Assembly (NCBI GenBank): GCA_048213135.1
Contig: PS015134.1
Coordinates: 62,001 to 126,000 of the forward strand
DNA: 64,000 nucleotides
From: Reclinomonas americana ATCC 50394
Taxonomy: Eukaryota
Direction of reading: 5' to 3'
Positions within the stretch are counted from its first letter, which is position 1; every line of letters starts with the position of its first letter. A program made the position numbers and the translations under genes. Positions 13,799 to 30,400 of this stretch are shown here, piece by piece. The notes under the pieces were generated by a model. That model had not been told where the DNA came from and made no database searches. It saw only the letters and a list, made by a program, of their open reading frames with translations.

Positions 13799-13970
13799 NN
13801 NNNNNNNNNNNNNNNNNNNNNNNNNNNNNNNNNNNNNNNNNNNNNNNNNNNNNNNNNNNNNNNNNNNNNNNNNNNNNNNNNNNNNNNNNNNNNNNNNNNN
13901 NNNNNNNNNNNNNNNNNNNNNNNNNNNNNNNNNNNNNNNNNNNNNNNNNNNNNNNNNNNNNNNNNNNNNN

Positions 13971-14032
<62 letters not shown>

Positions 14033-14233
14033 CTCTCTCTCTCTCTCAGTCTCTCTCTCCCTCCCTCCCTCTCTCTCTCATCTCTCTCCCTCCCTCCCTC
14101 CCTCCCTCTCTCTCACTCACTCACCAAACGAGCTCACTCTAAACCCCCGCTCATGCAACGCCAAGTGCGCAGCCATTGAGCGATTCTGGTTGGAGGAGCA
14201 CACAACAGCCACATGAAACTGTTGACCTTGCAT
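12227..14233 (-). CDS. SSU72: RNA polymerase II CTD phosphatase Ssu72 (middle exons lost in gaps)
   Basis: [23 protein letters not shown] contains the CX5R motif. Further exons [32 protein letters not shown] and C-terminal [33 protein letters not shown]. Confidence 0.92.
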
Positions 14234-14965
14234 GTTGACAAGTGACTATTAAAAAAATCTGATGGATCTCTTCTATCTAATTTCTGAGACTTTTTGTGCC
14301 ACGTTGTCCACAAAGAACCAATTGTCGAAATTTCAATGGCCGACCATTCTCAGTCCTCGAGCTCAGCAGGCAGCGGTGATATCGTCCAGTGCAGCTGGGG
14401 CATTAGCGCAGAGCTGTGGAACCCCAAAGTTGAAGCGCAAGCGGAAGTCTCCGGCCCAGCGGAATCGCTAGTTACCGATTGGTATACTTAGGTTTCCAGA
14501 GTGAGAAACGACCAGGAGCCACTTCAATGTCCTTTCAGTTGTCCTGTTCGTTTTCACTCTTCTTTTGCTCTTGGTTCACTAGTGGAAAGCCATCAACAGC
14601 GTTGTTTCGAATTTTGCAAACAAGTTCATGCAAGTCGCGGTTGTCGGGTCTTTACTTGGCGGTGCCTTGTACAGCTTGTATGTGTGGTTGGGTTCCAAGA
14701 AATCTCAGTGACTGCTTGGACCGACTGCGACCTGCGCATGCAGCTCACAACGTCGACCTCTCGCTTGCAATGCGCCATGCTGCCGATGCAGCCGTAACAT
14801 TCATTGGAGAAATGAAGTCGCAGCTGAAAGGTACTATTACTGTTGCTGCTATTGTTGTTTTTTTGGTGAAAGAACGCGGCGGAGTCGCGGAAACAAAGAC
14901 TTCGGCATCGTCCTCGCGTCCCGCAACGCCTCTCGTACAAAAATCTCAAACACAATCACACGCGA

Positions 14966-18308
<3,343 letters not shown>

Positions 18309-18486
18309 AGAGAGGAAATCGAAAAAGAAGCAGGGTGCTTTTTATGGGTATCATGTTTTTTTCTCAGTTTCTTGTAAAATCGCCATATCGTCTGTTATCA
18401 ACCCTCAGAATGCGAGGATAGGTGTGGGGGAAGCAGTGAGTGTGAGCGGGCACAAAAAAGGAAAATAAATGGAAAAAAAAAAGAAG

Positions 18487-18558
18487 AGCTCGTACGTGGA
18501 GTCGAACCACGGCTACAGGATTCAGAGTCCTATGTCATAACCGTTAGACCATACGAGC
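18487..18558 (-). tRNA. trnQ-CUG: tRNA-Gln(CUG)
   Basis: 72-nt cloverleaf: acceptor GCTCGTA/TACGAGC, anticodon arm TAGGA-CTCTGAA-TCCTG, T arm CGTGG-TTCGACT-CCACG. A poly-T Pol III terminator follows. Confidence 0.95.
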
Positions 18559-19231
18559 TGTTGATTCTCACTGTCCACAAAGAGGATGGCAACGCTGCAC
18601 TCGCAAAAGAAGGAATCCTTGCTTTGTTTTCTTCCATTGCCGGCACTTTGCTCTCACTCTTCCACCTCGGCCACACTCCCCGTGAGAATTCTTTATAAAA
18701 TCAAGTGAAAATTGCGCCAAATTTCGAGCATTCGGCTTGTCCAGGATCCGCGACAATCATTAGCCAAGGCCAACAAGGCATAAGCACCAGTCTAGGCAGT
18801 GCTCCTCCTTCTTCGGGGCCACATCTTCCGACCGCTTTCCGCACCCTTCCGCCAATTTCCCGCACATTCCTCCGTTCCGCCGCCTTTCCCGGTCACTCCT
18901 CCTTCCTTCTCTCGTTTCCTACATTCCTCCTCCTTCAACCACACTCTCCTCCTCTCACCTTGCACTCCTGTCCCCCTCCTTCTCTCGCTTCCCTCATTCC
19001 TCCTCCTTCAACCACACTCCTCCTCCTCTTATCGCCTTTCACTTCTGTCCCCCACATTCCCTCCTCCTTTAGCTTCCCTTTCCCTTTCCCCATCCTCTGC
19101 TTCCCCCCCAATGCCACTATTTCGAGTCCAACTTTACTGCCAATTCACCCCCACCATGAAATCAAAAGAACCTCGCGCGCGTCTTGACTTTTTTCCCGTT
19201 CCCCCGCTCCAGCTATTACCACGCACGACAA

Positions 19232-19823
19232 TTATTTGACCATGCTGCGGTGCGCAATGGGAGTGTAAGCGACCCACATTCAACAACAAGGAAGCGAGGA
19301 GTGTCGGTGCACGAAACTTGTAAATGTACTGCGCGCCGAGCGAGAGAGAGAGAAAAGAGAGGAGTGAGTGTGAGCAGCAGCATAAATGGTCGTGGCGTGT
19401 TGACAAGCAAACTCGCCCCGGCAATCGCCAACACCAGCACAATGCAACAAATGTCGATGCACAGGCGTCCGGGGCCGCGAATCTATGGAACGAAAATCAG
19501 CAATGAGTGTGACGAAGCGAGCAAGTCATACCGCTCATCTCCCACTCGTCTCTCATCTCTCACACACATACACAAACACGATCTGTATCTCTCCAGCACT
19601 ACCTCTCTCTCCCCAAAGTGTTTCGTATGCACAGTCCCTCTCATTTCCCCCCATCTATTCTGCACGCACGCCACAAACAGAATATCTCTCTTCTGCCGGC
19701 GCACAACGCCCTCTCTATAATTCCCTGAATGATCTGGTTTCCTGCGTTCCCTTCCCCCACTCTCTCACTCCCAGTCGCTTCCTGCTCGCTTGATTTCTTG
19801 TCTCTCATGCTCTCTCTCTCTCA

Positions 19824-19858
<35 letters not shown>

Positions 19859-21156
19859 CGTTCCTTGCATCGCTCTCACACATATTTATCTGCGTTTCTG
19901 GCTTTCCGCAATCATATCCCCCTCTTTCCCTGTCGCTTCCTGCCTCTCTCTCGCTCTCACCTCTCTCGCTCTCTCTCCCTCTCCGTCCGTTCCTTTCATC
20001 GCACTCTCGGCCCTCTCGCGTATACTCTCTGAATGTTCTGCTTTCCCGCACTCATTTCCTCTCTCTCACTCTCTCTCACTCCCTGTCGCTTCACGCTCTC
20101 TTGATTCCTCTCTCTCTCGCCTTCGCCTTCCCTCCCTCCTTTTCCCTACTTTCCCCTCCTTTCCCCATCACCCCCTTCCCCGTCACCCTCCCTCCCCCGC
20201 GCACCTTCGACAGCACATCCTTCATCTTCCTGTTGATCGACACCAACTGCGAGTTGACATTCTCCGTGTGCGACTCCACGCGATCCAGCAGCAGTGATTG
20301 ACGATCGAGTTGCTGTGTGGCAGCATTGAGAAGACGCAAAATGAGTGAAGAAGGTCCTTCGCACACCAACCTCTCCCAGTGCCCGTGACTGCTCCTTCAG
20401 CGTCGTCACGCGTCTGCCAAACTCGTCGAGGCCGGAATTCTACGCAGGTAGACACATCAGCAATCTCTCTCCTGCCCTCCCCCCATCACCGCCAGTCCAC
20501 GCAACGATGGCCTTGTCCTTGCGCGTGCGAATGGCCTCGAACTCGGTGAGATCGATCTGCTCCAACTGCGACACCGTTGGATCGCCTGCAATCAACCGAC
20601 GCACGGGTTACCACAACGGAGATAACTCTTTCCCCTCACAGCAGAACATCACGAAACGATCAAGAAACGCCGCGCCGACGTCGGAGAAGCCGCGACCCGC
20701 GCCGCCGCGTCGCATGGCCTCCTCAGCTCCCTCTGCCGACCCGGTGCTGGTGAGGGCGCGCTTGAAGTTCGCCACCTCCTCCACGTGCTTCGTCAGCAGT
20801 TGGATGTCGGCTTTCCTCATGCTCAACATGCGCTGTCCCTCGTCGTCGTTCTGCGAGGAGAGCGGTGAGGGGAAGGGAAGGGTGAGGGAAGGGAAGGGTG
20901 AGGGAGAGAGGACAGGAGAGAGAAGAAAAGAGAGAGGACAGGAGAGAGAAGAAGAGAGAGAAGAGAGAGGAGAGAGAGATAGAGAGCACGGAAGAAAAAC
21001 AGAGACAGGTTCAAAAAGAAATAAATATTGAATGGCAAGAAAGATAGATAGACACACAGGCACACACGCACGCACGCGCAGGGAGGGAGACAGGCAGGGA
21101 GAGAGAGAGAGGAGAGACAGAGAAAACGGAGCCGACTGTTTCAGACACACACACAC

Positions 21157-21201
<45 letters not shown>

Positions 21202-21439
21202 AGAGAGACATGGGAGGGAGAGAAGAGAGAGAGGAAGAGTGCACGAAAGAAAAACAGAGACAGGTTCAAATACAATAAATAGAGAATGGCAACAACGAGA
21301 TATAGACACACAGGCACACACGCACGCACACACAGGGAGGGAAACAGGGAGGGAGAGAGAGAGGAGAGAGACAAGAAGAGAGAGTGAAAAAGGGACTTTG
21401 AAACGGACAGAGAATAAGGATCCGACTGATTCAGACACG

Positions 21440-21486
<47 letters not shown>

Positions 21487-22430
21487 GTAGGGCAGAGAAG
21501 AGGCGCAGAGACACTGCGTCAATGTCGTTCTCCCACTCTTTGTGCGTCGCTGTCGCTCTACCAGAGAGAGAGAGAGAGAGAGCAGACCTTCTTCAATTTC
21601 CTCTCCTGATTGTCCACCATGCGTTGCATCTCCGAGAGGAAGCGATTAATGTTCTCATCCTCTGCGCGGGGCGTGAGTCACGAGAATTCTAGAGATGGAG
21701 CGGTGCGCGGACGCAACGTCTTGCAATCGCCTGATGCAACTCGAGCTTCTTGCCAGACCTGTCGCCATTCCTTCGCAATTCCTGTCGCTCCTTGAGCAAC
21801 TGTGCGAGATTAGAAGTGAGTACGAAGGGTGGGAAAGGGCGATATAAAGGCTCGCGCAGGAACACAAGGAGGGAACAAGAATGTAGGTGTAAGATGGAAT
21901 GTTGATTGCGCTCCTGGAAATGAGAGGCGCGTGGCAACACGAAAGAAGAACAGACGGAAGTAGAGCAGCCGTAAAAAGAGAATACGAATGCAAGAAAGGC
22001 AACTCGGGCAAAATGAGAGAAAAGGCCACAGAGGAGAAGCGCGAGATCTGAGAGATCGGTGATTTTGAGAGACGGAAAAACAGCGTGCGGAGACAGAGGA
22101 GAAAAGAACGAGGAGAAGGGTAGCAGAGCAAGAACTCAACGCGAGAGAAGTGAACACACGAGAGAGGTGCATGCGAAGGGAGAGAAGAATTAAACAGGAA
22201 GCGCGGTAGAGCAAGCTCAGTTGGCGCAAGATCGCAGTACTCAAGAGCAGAGCCCACTCCTTCTTCCCTTCCCTTCTCTCCCCAGCAACCCACCCGTCGC
22301 TGATCCGCCAGCGCCTCCGCCAACCACAGCTTGCGCTGATCGAATGGGTCCAACGTGGCCTCCGCCTCCTGTCGCTCCCGTTCCTCGTACGTCATTTCGT
22401 CGGCGATCGGGTCGTGGATGTCCTGGGTGA
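19232..22430 (-). CDS. SYP7: SYP7/Syntaxin-71-like SNARE (5' end unresolved)
   Basis: SNARE motif NSGLDEFGRRVTTLKEQSRALGE|QLDRQSLLLDRVESHTENVNSQLVSINRKMKDVLSK. The C-terminal anchor IRGPGRLCIDICCIVLVLAIAG|YIYN|MVK* matches the SYP7 tail pattern. Confidence 0.82.
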
Positions 22431-22589
22431 GGGGAAAGGAGAGGGACACAGTGAGGACAAGGGATGGTGTGCGTGCATCTCAACTGTGCCTCTCGCCTCT
22501 CCGATAACGATGATGAGTGGATCAGCGCAGAAGAATGTGAAGCTATAGTGCGCAGAGAGAAAGCGGCATACACACATAGTACTGTGTGC

Positions 22590-22641
<52 letters not shown>

Positions 22642-23030
22642 GAAAGAGAGAGCATGATGCGAGGAACGTGAAGAATCGATGGGCTCAATGAATTCACCGC
22701 ACGGGCAGCACCGGGTCAACACAAAGGAGCGCGACAACTCACTGAAAGCGATCACGAATGCCAGCGACCATCACTCCACCACTCTCCCTCACACAGACAC
22801 ACCACATGCACAAGAGCGCGACAGATTGTACAACTCGAGAGATGCGATCGCATTCACTCAATCGCATTCGCCAGCAACACCCACCACACGTCTCCCACAC
22901 AAGCACAAAAGCACACACTCACACACGTTCTCGCACAATGCGCATATATTTGCCCCAGCAAACCTCAGTCCTCTTCAAACGCGTTCGCTCATTCCTCTGC
23001 CTCTCTGTCTCTCCATCTCTCTCTCTCTCT

Positions 23031-23080
<50 letters not shown>

Positions 23081-23308
23081 CTCTCACACTACTTCGTATT
23101 GTTATTCGACACGACGACCAACCTACAACTCTACTTCGTCCTCCCTGTCGTTACGTAACCGTACTCGTCCNNNNNNNNNNNNNNNNNNNNNNNNNNNNNN
23201 NNNNNNNNNNNNNNNNNNNNNNNNNNNNNNNNNNNNNNNNNNNNNNNNNNNNNNNNNNNNNNNNNNNNNNNNNNNNNNNNNNNNNNNNNACTACGTACGT
23301 ACGTACTA

Positions 23309-23346
<38 letters not shown>

Positions 23347-23394
23347 CACTACTCTCTACCTACTACACTACTACTACTACTACACACACTACTA

Positions 23395-23454
<60 letters not shown>

Positions 23455-23819
23455 GCACACAATGCACAAATATTTACATCTGCAAACCCCAATCACAACT
23501 CTCCACACACGCACAACACAAACCTCTCTCTCTCTCTCTCTATCCCTCTTCTCTCTCCATCTGCACCTCTCTCCCCTCACACACACTCCCCCACTCTCTT
23601 GTCTTCTTCCGCGCGCTGACATTGCACACACTTTCACCTCGAGCACGCACTCACCAACAAATGCCCACACATGACCCGCATACGCGGATCCTGCAAGCTA
23701 CGCAGAAACTGTGCGGTCTTTGGTGGACGATTGAGCGCCACCGAGGATGCCGTGATCATCTTGCCTCCTCCTGCTCCTCCGCTGCTTCCTCCTCCTGCTG
23801 TGCGCGCTGCACCATATCC

Positions 23820-24320
23820 ACTGCCACTGCCTCCTCCTGCGGCCGCCGCAGAGGAGGAGGCGGTGCCGCGGAGAAGCGGCGCGGTCGGGCTTGACATTCA
23901 AGTGAATGATTCGTTTGTTCGTTCATCGGGGCTCCGATTGATTTTCCGGCTTGTGGTGGATCTGGAACTATGCCACTTTGACGGTGGAGGCTTCTGCGTA
24001 TAATGGAGCTGTGCTATGGTATGCAGCGGGTCCGGAGAGCGGAGAAAGTTGAATTGCCGATCTCGAATTGTGTGCATTTTGAATTCGAAGTTGATCGTCG
24101 CGCGCGCTGCTCCATATGCTGTAACTTCCTCCTGCGGCCGCCGCTGAGGAGGAGGAGGAGGCGGTGCCGCGGAGAAGCGGCCCGGTCGGGCTTGACAATC
24201 AAGTGGTGATGCTTGTTCGTTCGAATTCATCGGGGCTCCGATTGATTTTCCGGCTTGTGGTGGAGGAACCACGCCACTTTGATGGTGGAGGCTTCTTCTG
24301 CGTATAAAACAGCTGTGCTA
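23820..24320. repeat. Diverged tandem duplication, unit about 300 bp
   Basis: The block gcggtgccgcggagaagcgg..gggcttgaca..catcggggctccgattgattttccggcttgtggtgga..ggtggaggcttc occurs at about 23860-24000 and 24160-24305. Confidence 0.8.
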
Positions 24321-24485
24321 TGGATCGACCTTGATCATGAAGTCGATCTTGTGTACTTCTAGAAACGTCTAGCGACCATTTCTCCGTGGTTTGCACTTCC
24401 TCGTTGTCGTACTCTTATCGCAATATACAATCGGATGCATCTCTGCCTCGAATTGCCTCTTTTTTGTTTTACTCTGCATCCACTC

Positions 24486-26168
24486 TCAATCGCGCTGCGT
24501 TCCAGCTTGCAGCATCTCCGCCTCTTGCACCACAATATCTCGCACCTGCCGCAAAATGGCGTCACGTTCGGCGGGATCTGTCACCACCTCGACGCGCACT
24601 GTCGTCAGCATGTCGTCAGCGCGCTCCGTCACGAGCCGGGTCGAACCAATGGTCTTGTCTTTCAAAAACAGCGTAACAATACGCCGAGGATTGCTGCTGC
24701 CGCTGCTGCTGCCACCTGCTTCCGTTCTCAGCATGTCGCCAGCAATGCTTACCGTGTGCAGTGTCGACTGAGCCAGATAGTACACATTGTACCGGGCGTG
24801 CAGGTGGCGACTGAGGACACGCAGGTGTTTGCCGGGCAGTGACTCCAGCACGACGCCGTCGTCGTCGGCCGCCAAAACACCGCCGCGGAACAGTTTCACC
24901 GTCAAGTGTGCCTGCGAGTTGCCCGACGCAACAATTTCATACGTGTAGTTGTTGTACTGGCCAGCCAGCACCATACTGGCGACGTTGGCATTGTGATTGT
25001 GGGGCACCGTTTCGCTGGCGTCGTCTAACATGTGGATGCGGATCTGGTACGGCCATTCGTCGGCCTCTTTCGGCATCCAGTGCACGCGTGTCATCACGCG
25101 CCGCTCGGCGCCAACGGCCGCAGTCGTGTAGAGACGATCGACAAGCAAACTTGACGACAGGTGGCCGCCTTGCTGGAAAAACACGATCAGCGCCTCGCCA
25201 ATCTCGCGCACCCGGTGAATGTCGGAGGGCAGCAGCTTGCGAACGGACCTCGACTGCAGCAGCTCGGCCAAACGCCGCTTGGCCAGCTCGACATGTGATT
25301 CAATAATGGCCAGCTGCGTGAGACCCAACAGCGTTCGAGAGGCGGCACGACGCACGCCGCTAACCACGTCGTCCAACTGCTGCTGCCGCTGCGGTCGCGG
25401 AATCGATTCATAGCGCAACCGTCCGCGCACCTCCACCGGTGTCCGCGGTGCTGGCTCCTCCAGGTAGGCAGTGGTAACGACGCTGCCGCGTCGCACCAGA
25501 TGCACAATGGCTGTCGGCTCGTGCACCGTCACGCAGTACATGGTGCCAGCGGTGATGTGCTGACACCGTCCAACACCAACGCAGCTGCGACTCGGCTCGT
25601 CGAGGCGGCGCAGCTCCATGTCATCGCGGTTTTTTTCCGGTAAACGCTTCTCGCTGCCGACGATGACGAGGGAGCGAATCATCATCTCCGTGATGATCGA
25701 CACGGTCTTGATGGTGAACTCGCCAAAGAGCACCGTCATGTGGTGGTCGTGCGAGAGTGACTCGTCGGGCAACACGCGATCGACCTCGGGCATCTCGACA
25801 AACACCACATAATCTTCGGGATTGGCGCAGAACGGTGACGGCGAACACGGCGAGTCTTCCAGCGAGGAGTCAAAGTGGCTGCCCGGGAGCAGGCCCTCGC
25901 CACCAATGTCGTGCAGGGCGCAGTCATCTTCGGCACTCCGCAGCAGGTTGCGGATGTTAACGGTGAGTCGACGGCACGACAATTTGTCGTCGCAGGCAAA
26001 GGCATTATCGTACTTTGTCACCGCATGCGCGAGACGCTCGCTGGAATCAGCCAGCGAGCGCAGACAACGCACGACGGTGCGGAGAAGTGCGACCTCTGCG
26101 GCGGCTGTGGCAGGAAGGGGTGAGCAGAGGAGCCAGGAGTGCATGACAGAGAGAGAGAAAGACTGCAA
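24486..26168 (-). CDS. Largely intronless cupin-fold protein (one intact and one degenerate cupin-like domain)
   Basis: 560-aa ORF. The C-terminal IRIHML..VPHNHNANVASMVLAGQY..YYLAQSTLHTV..IVTLFL fits an HxH...H cupin. The upstream SHDHHMTVLFGEF..TAGTMYCV is a weaker copy. The true start may lie in a small upstream exon. Confidence 0.65.
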   Translation of the reverse strand: MQSFSLSVMHSWLLCSPLPATAAAEVALLRTVVRCLRSLADSSERLAHAVTKYDNAFACDDKLSCRRLTVNIRNLLRSAEDDCALHDIGGEGLLPGSHFDSSLEDSPCSPSPFCANPEDYVVFVEMPEVDRVLPDESLSHDHHMTVLFGEFTIKTVSIITEMMIRSLVIVGSEKRLPEKNRDDMELRRLDEPSRSCVGVGRCQHITAGTMYCVTVHEPTAIVHLVRRGSVVTTAYLEEPAPRTPVEVRGRLRYESIPRPQRQQQLDDVVSGVRRAASRTLLGLTQLAIIESHVELAKRRLAELLQSRSVRKLLPSDIHRVREIGEALIVFFQQGGHLSSSLLVDRLYTTAAVGAERRVMTRVHWMPKEADEWPYQIRIHMLDDASETVPHNHNANVASMVLAGQYNNYTYEIVASGNSQAHLTVKLFRGGVLAADDDGVVLESLPGKHLRVLSRHLHARYNVYYLAQSTLHTVSIAGDMLRTEAGGSSSGSSNPRRIVTLFLKDKTIGSTRLVTERADDMLTTVRVEVVTDPAERDAILRQVRDIVVQEAEMLQAGTQRD

Positions 26169-26647
26169 CGTTGTGTGTGTGTGTAGGGAGTGGCAGCACG
26201 GACAACAAGGAGGAGCACAACAACAACAACATGTGACGGGTCGAACCTTGTTCAGTGGTTGCAGCCATGTGCTCCGAAAAAGCGATAGAAATGCAACAGA
26301 GCGAAGAAAACCCGGCAGACAGATATCTGATGATGATGTATCTGACGACAGGACTCGTCATGACCGGAAACTTCGACTCGTTCAAGAGACCCCACCTGCT
26401 GCGGCTGGCCATTATGGGCCATGGACTCGATGGGGGATGGCTGGCGATGGGCTTGATGATCGATGGCTTCAATTGTTGTTCCGATATCGATTCTCGTGCG
26501 TTTCAATTTCGCTGGTGAGATCCAGCTTGCCAATCCTGCAGGCTGCTCGTTGCCTTACATCGCCTGCTTCCTATCGCCGGATGTGTTGCTTGTCAGCATG
26601 CCACACACATTCCAGCGATTCGCTTTGCGTCTACATAAGCGTTTCCA

Positions 26648-27274
26648 TTGTCCACAGCGATGTACCTGCGCGCCGTGAGCCTGCTCTCCGCTGTCGGCGC
26701 ATCGTGGATCGTCGGTGGTGTGGTCACTCCCCCGCGTGCCGCAGAGGATGATGACGTGCAGCTGTACCACGCACTGCAGAGCCTCCGAAACGCATCCTCG
26801 TTGGAACCGACCAAGGTGCTGGAGGCTGCCAACGTGCTCAGCGCTCGCGGCTTGCTGCATAACACACCCACAAGCATGCGCTTATTCTACTCCACCACCG
26901 CGCACCTCTCGATCCTCGCCATGCTCGTGAATCGGACGCGCCAGCTCGCCTGCGGCTCCTACGCCTCCACCAGTGGCGTGAACTCGGTGGCCCTCGTCGG
27001 TGCCACGAGCGTCGGCAAGTCCACGATGCTGCGCCTGTACGCCGACCTGTGCCGCCACATCGAGCCCTCGGTGATCCCGGTCTACATCAACTTCACCGAC
27101 GTCTTGGTCGCACGCACCGCCACTCTCCGATTCATCGGCGAGTATGCCGTGGAGGCCATGCGAGTCGCCGGCGTCCCCGTCACGGAGACAGCGGATCGCG
27201 GTCTACTCAAGTGCGTGGAAGACAAGTTGGAGCGGGAGAATCAACACCTGTTGCTGCTCGTCGACGAGCTAGAC
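26648..27274 (+). CDS. P-loop NTPase (AAA+/STAND-like), truncated by an assembly gap
   Basis: Walker A ALVGATSVGKST, intervening strand VIPVYINF and Walker B LLLLVDELD. Intronless up to the gap. Confidence 0.75.
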
Positions 27275-27446
27275 CNNNNNNNNNNNNNNNNNNNNNNNNN
27301 NNNNNNNNNNNNNNNNNNNNNNNNNNNNNNNNNNNNNNNNNNNNNNNNNNNNNNNNNNNNNNNNNNNNNNNNNNNNNNNNNNNNNNNNNNNNNNNNNNNN
27401 NNNNNNNNNNNNNNNNNNNNNNNNNTGCGCGTGCGCGCGCGTCACC

Positions 27447-30400
27447 TTAGCGCTGAATCTCGACCTTCCTGCGCGCCGTGCCAATGTCGCACGAGTTGAC
27501 CTTGGCAGCAAAGCGCAACGACGACACACTCTCCAGCAGATGCAGCATGGCCGGCGAAATGTTGACAAACATGAGCGTCTTGGAGTTGCCGCCGAGCGAC
27601 TTTTGCAGCAGGTAGGTGAGGCGCGAGTTACGGTACGGCACGTGGGTCGACTTGTTGGCCAGTGCGGCAATCACATCGCCCAGGCACGACAGCGACTTGT
27701 TAATGTGCTGCGTCTCCAGACGGCGGTCGCCCGTGTGTTGCGTCTGCTTCAGGCGCTCCGAGCCGGCCAAATCGATGAGGTTCAGCAGGCCCTCGGAGAC
27801 GGCGCCGGTCTGCAAGGGGGGAAAAGAGGAAAGGGGAAAAGAGGGAAAGGTAAGTAAGGGGATAAAGGGAAAGGGGGAAGGGGAAGGGGGATAAAGGGGA
27901 CGAGGGGAAGGGCACAGGGGTGAAGAAGGACAAGAGGTGATAGAAAGGGAAGAGGAGAGAGAGAGAGAGCAGAGGGAGAAATGGCAGAGGTGAGAGAGTA
28001 AGGACACATGTGGGAGACAAGAACAGAGAAAAAGGGCACGCGAGAGAAAGGACACACGAGGAAAATGGCAGAGGGAGAGGAAACAACGGGCGATGTGAGA
28101 GAAAAGCACAGACGACAAAGGGCAGAGGCAAGACAGGACAGAGGAGAGACAAGACATAGTAAGCAGGATGATGTGAACGAACAACATGGAGAAGGGAAAT
28201 GGCAAGAAAAAAGTGAGGAGGAGGCGAGAATGGATAGAGGTGCGGAAAAAGAAAGAGCACGAGTACGACACACAGCAGATACAACACGTTGAGGAGCACC
28301 AGCATCGCAACACCCTCGGGAAGTAAAGAAGTGAACGCCGAGGAAAGCGAGCCAATGTTAGTAGAATGCCCCTCTCTCCCCCTTCTCCCTCCCTCCAACC
28401 TTCTCCCTCTCCACTATCTTCCTCCCCACACACCTGATGATTGTGTCCCTTGATGTACAGCTGGAACACAGAGTGCGAGCGCGACGAGTTGGCATTGAGC
28501 TTGGTCGCGGCCCACGAACGCTGCCGACTGGCGCGGATGAGCAAGTCGTGCACCTCAGCCGGATCACGCACGGGCACTGCAGTGGATGAGGAAGAGGAAA
28601 TTGAGTGCGCTGCACAACTCAGCAGGGCAAGCGAAGAGCAGCACGCAACAGAGTTCGAGATTGGAGACCGACACACTGCCGTCGCCATTCTGCTTGATGT
28701 CGTACTTGAGGTTGGTGCCGGGTTCGGCGAGCAGATCGCGAATCTGCTCGTTGTAGATTTCCAAAAAGCTGCGCAGAGAGGGAGGCGAGTGAGAAAAGGA
28801 GCAGAGATAAGGACAGAAAGTGTTCTCTCGCTCACCACTCACTTTCACCGCAGCTCTCTCTCATCGCTCACTTCTCGCTCTCTCGCTCTCACTCTCACCG
28901 CTCGCTTCCCAGCTCACTCTCGCCGCTCGCTTCCCAGCTCACTCTCACCGCTCGCTTCTCTCTCTCTCTCTCTCTCTCTCTNNNNNNNNNNNNNNNNNNN
29001 NAGGGGGAAAGGGTGAGCAACAGGGAAAGGAGGGGGATTGAAGGGAAAGGCAAAGAGGGAGGGAAAGGGAGAAAAAAGTGACAGTGTGTAAGAATGGTAA
29101 TCACATTCCCTCTCCTGTTCTCTCTGAGTGAGTGAGCGAGTGTGAGCGAGAGAGGAGAGAGAAGAGAGAGAGGAAAGAGCGCATCTTCTCTTAATCCGCC
29201 TCGCTCTTTCTCTGAGCGAGTGAACGTGTGCTTGCGTGCGGAGAGGAAGTAGTCTCTAATCGCAGTCTTCTCTCACCCTCATTCTTTGTGTGCATGTGCG
29301 AGAGATGGAGAAGGAGAAGCAGCACACAGACCTGCAAGTTCTTCAGTCTCTCTCACACTGTGTGTGTGAGTGAGAGGTCTCTTGTGTCACGTTCTTTTCA
29401 CTGTCTTCTCTCTCTTCCTCCCTTTCTCATGTTCCTTGTGTGCCTACGCGCAAGTGCGTGTGTGCAAGAGCGCGTCGAGAGAGAATAAGAAGCACAGAGA
29501 CCTGTCTCAGAGGTCTATCTCTCTAGGTGCACAAGTGTGTGAGTCAGTGGAGTGAGAGGTCTCTTTTCTCACGTTTCTCTGTCGTGTGAATGAGTGAGAT
29601 CTCTCTCCCTTCTGCTCCTTCTCCTTCTCTCACTCTCTGACTGTGCAAGAGCGTGTTGAGAGAGAGAGAGAGAATAAAGCACAGAGACCTGTCTCAAGTT
29701 CTCTCTGACTGTGCACGAGTGAGCGAGAGGTCTATCTCTCTCAGTGTGTGTCAGTGAGGTCTCTTTTCTCACGCGTTTCTGTCTCCTCCTCGCTCTCTGA
29801 GTGTTCGTGTGAATGAGCGAGAGGTCTTACTCTCTCCCCCTTCTGTTCTCCCTCTCCTTCTCTCACACTCTGACTGTGCAAGAGCGTGTTGAGAGAGAGA
29901 GAGAGAATAAAGCACAGAGACCTGTCTAAAGTTCTCTCTGACTGTGCACGAGTGAGCGAGAGGTCTATCTCTCTCAGTGTGTGTCAGTGAGGTCTCTTTT
30001 CTCACGTTCTTCTCTCCCTCTCTGAGCGTGTGAATGAGTGAGAAGTCTTACTCTCTCCCCCTTCTGTTCTCCCTCTCTTTCTCTCACTCTCTGACTGTGC
30101 ACGAGTGTGTTAAGAGAGAGAGAGAGTGGAGTGAGACCGTTATGGCACGCGCACACACGAGTGTCAACTGTGCAAGTGTGTGTGTGCGTCATAGTGCTTG
30201 TGTAACGCAACACTCTCAATGGCGGCAACGCTCGAGGCTGATGAGGTGGCGGCGGTGGCAGAGGCAGACGAGGGGCGCGCGGGCACTCCAGAAACGCTCA
30301 TGCCCTGTGTGTGCACAACGTGAGACAACAGACTCTGTGTGTGTGTGACGACTTTCTTTCTTTCTTTACGCACTGTCTGTGTGTGTGTGTGCTCTCGTTC

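Noticed and set aside
14262-14960. Short ORFs between the divergent SSU72 and PH-Rab genes
   Set aside because: No motifs or convincing splice pattern; probably promoter/UTR sequence.
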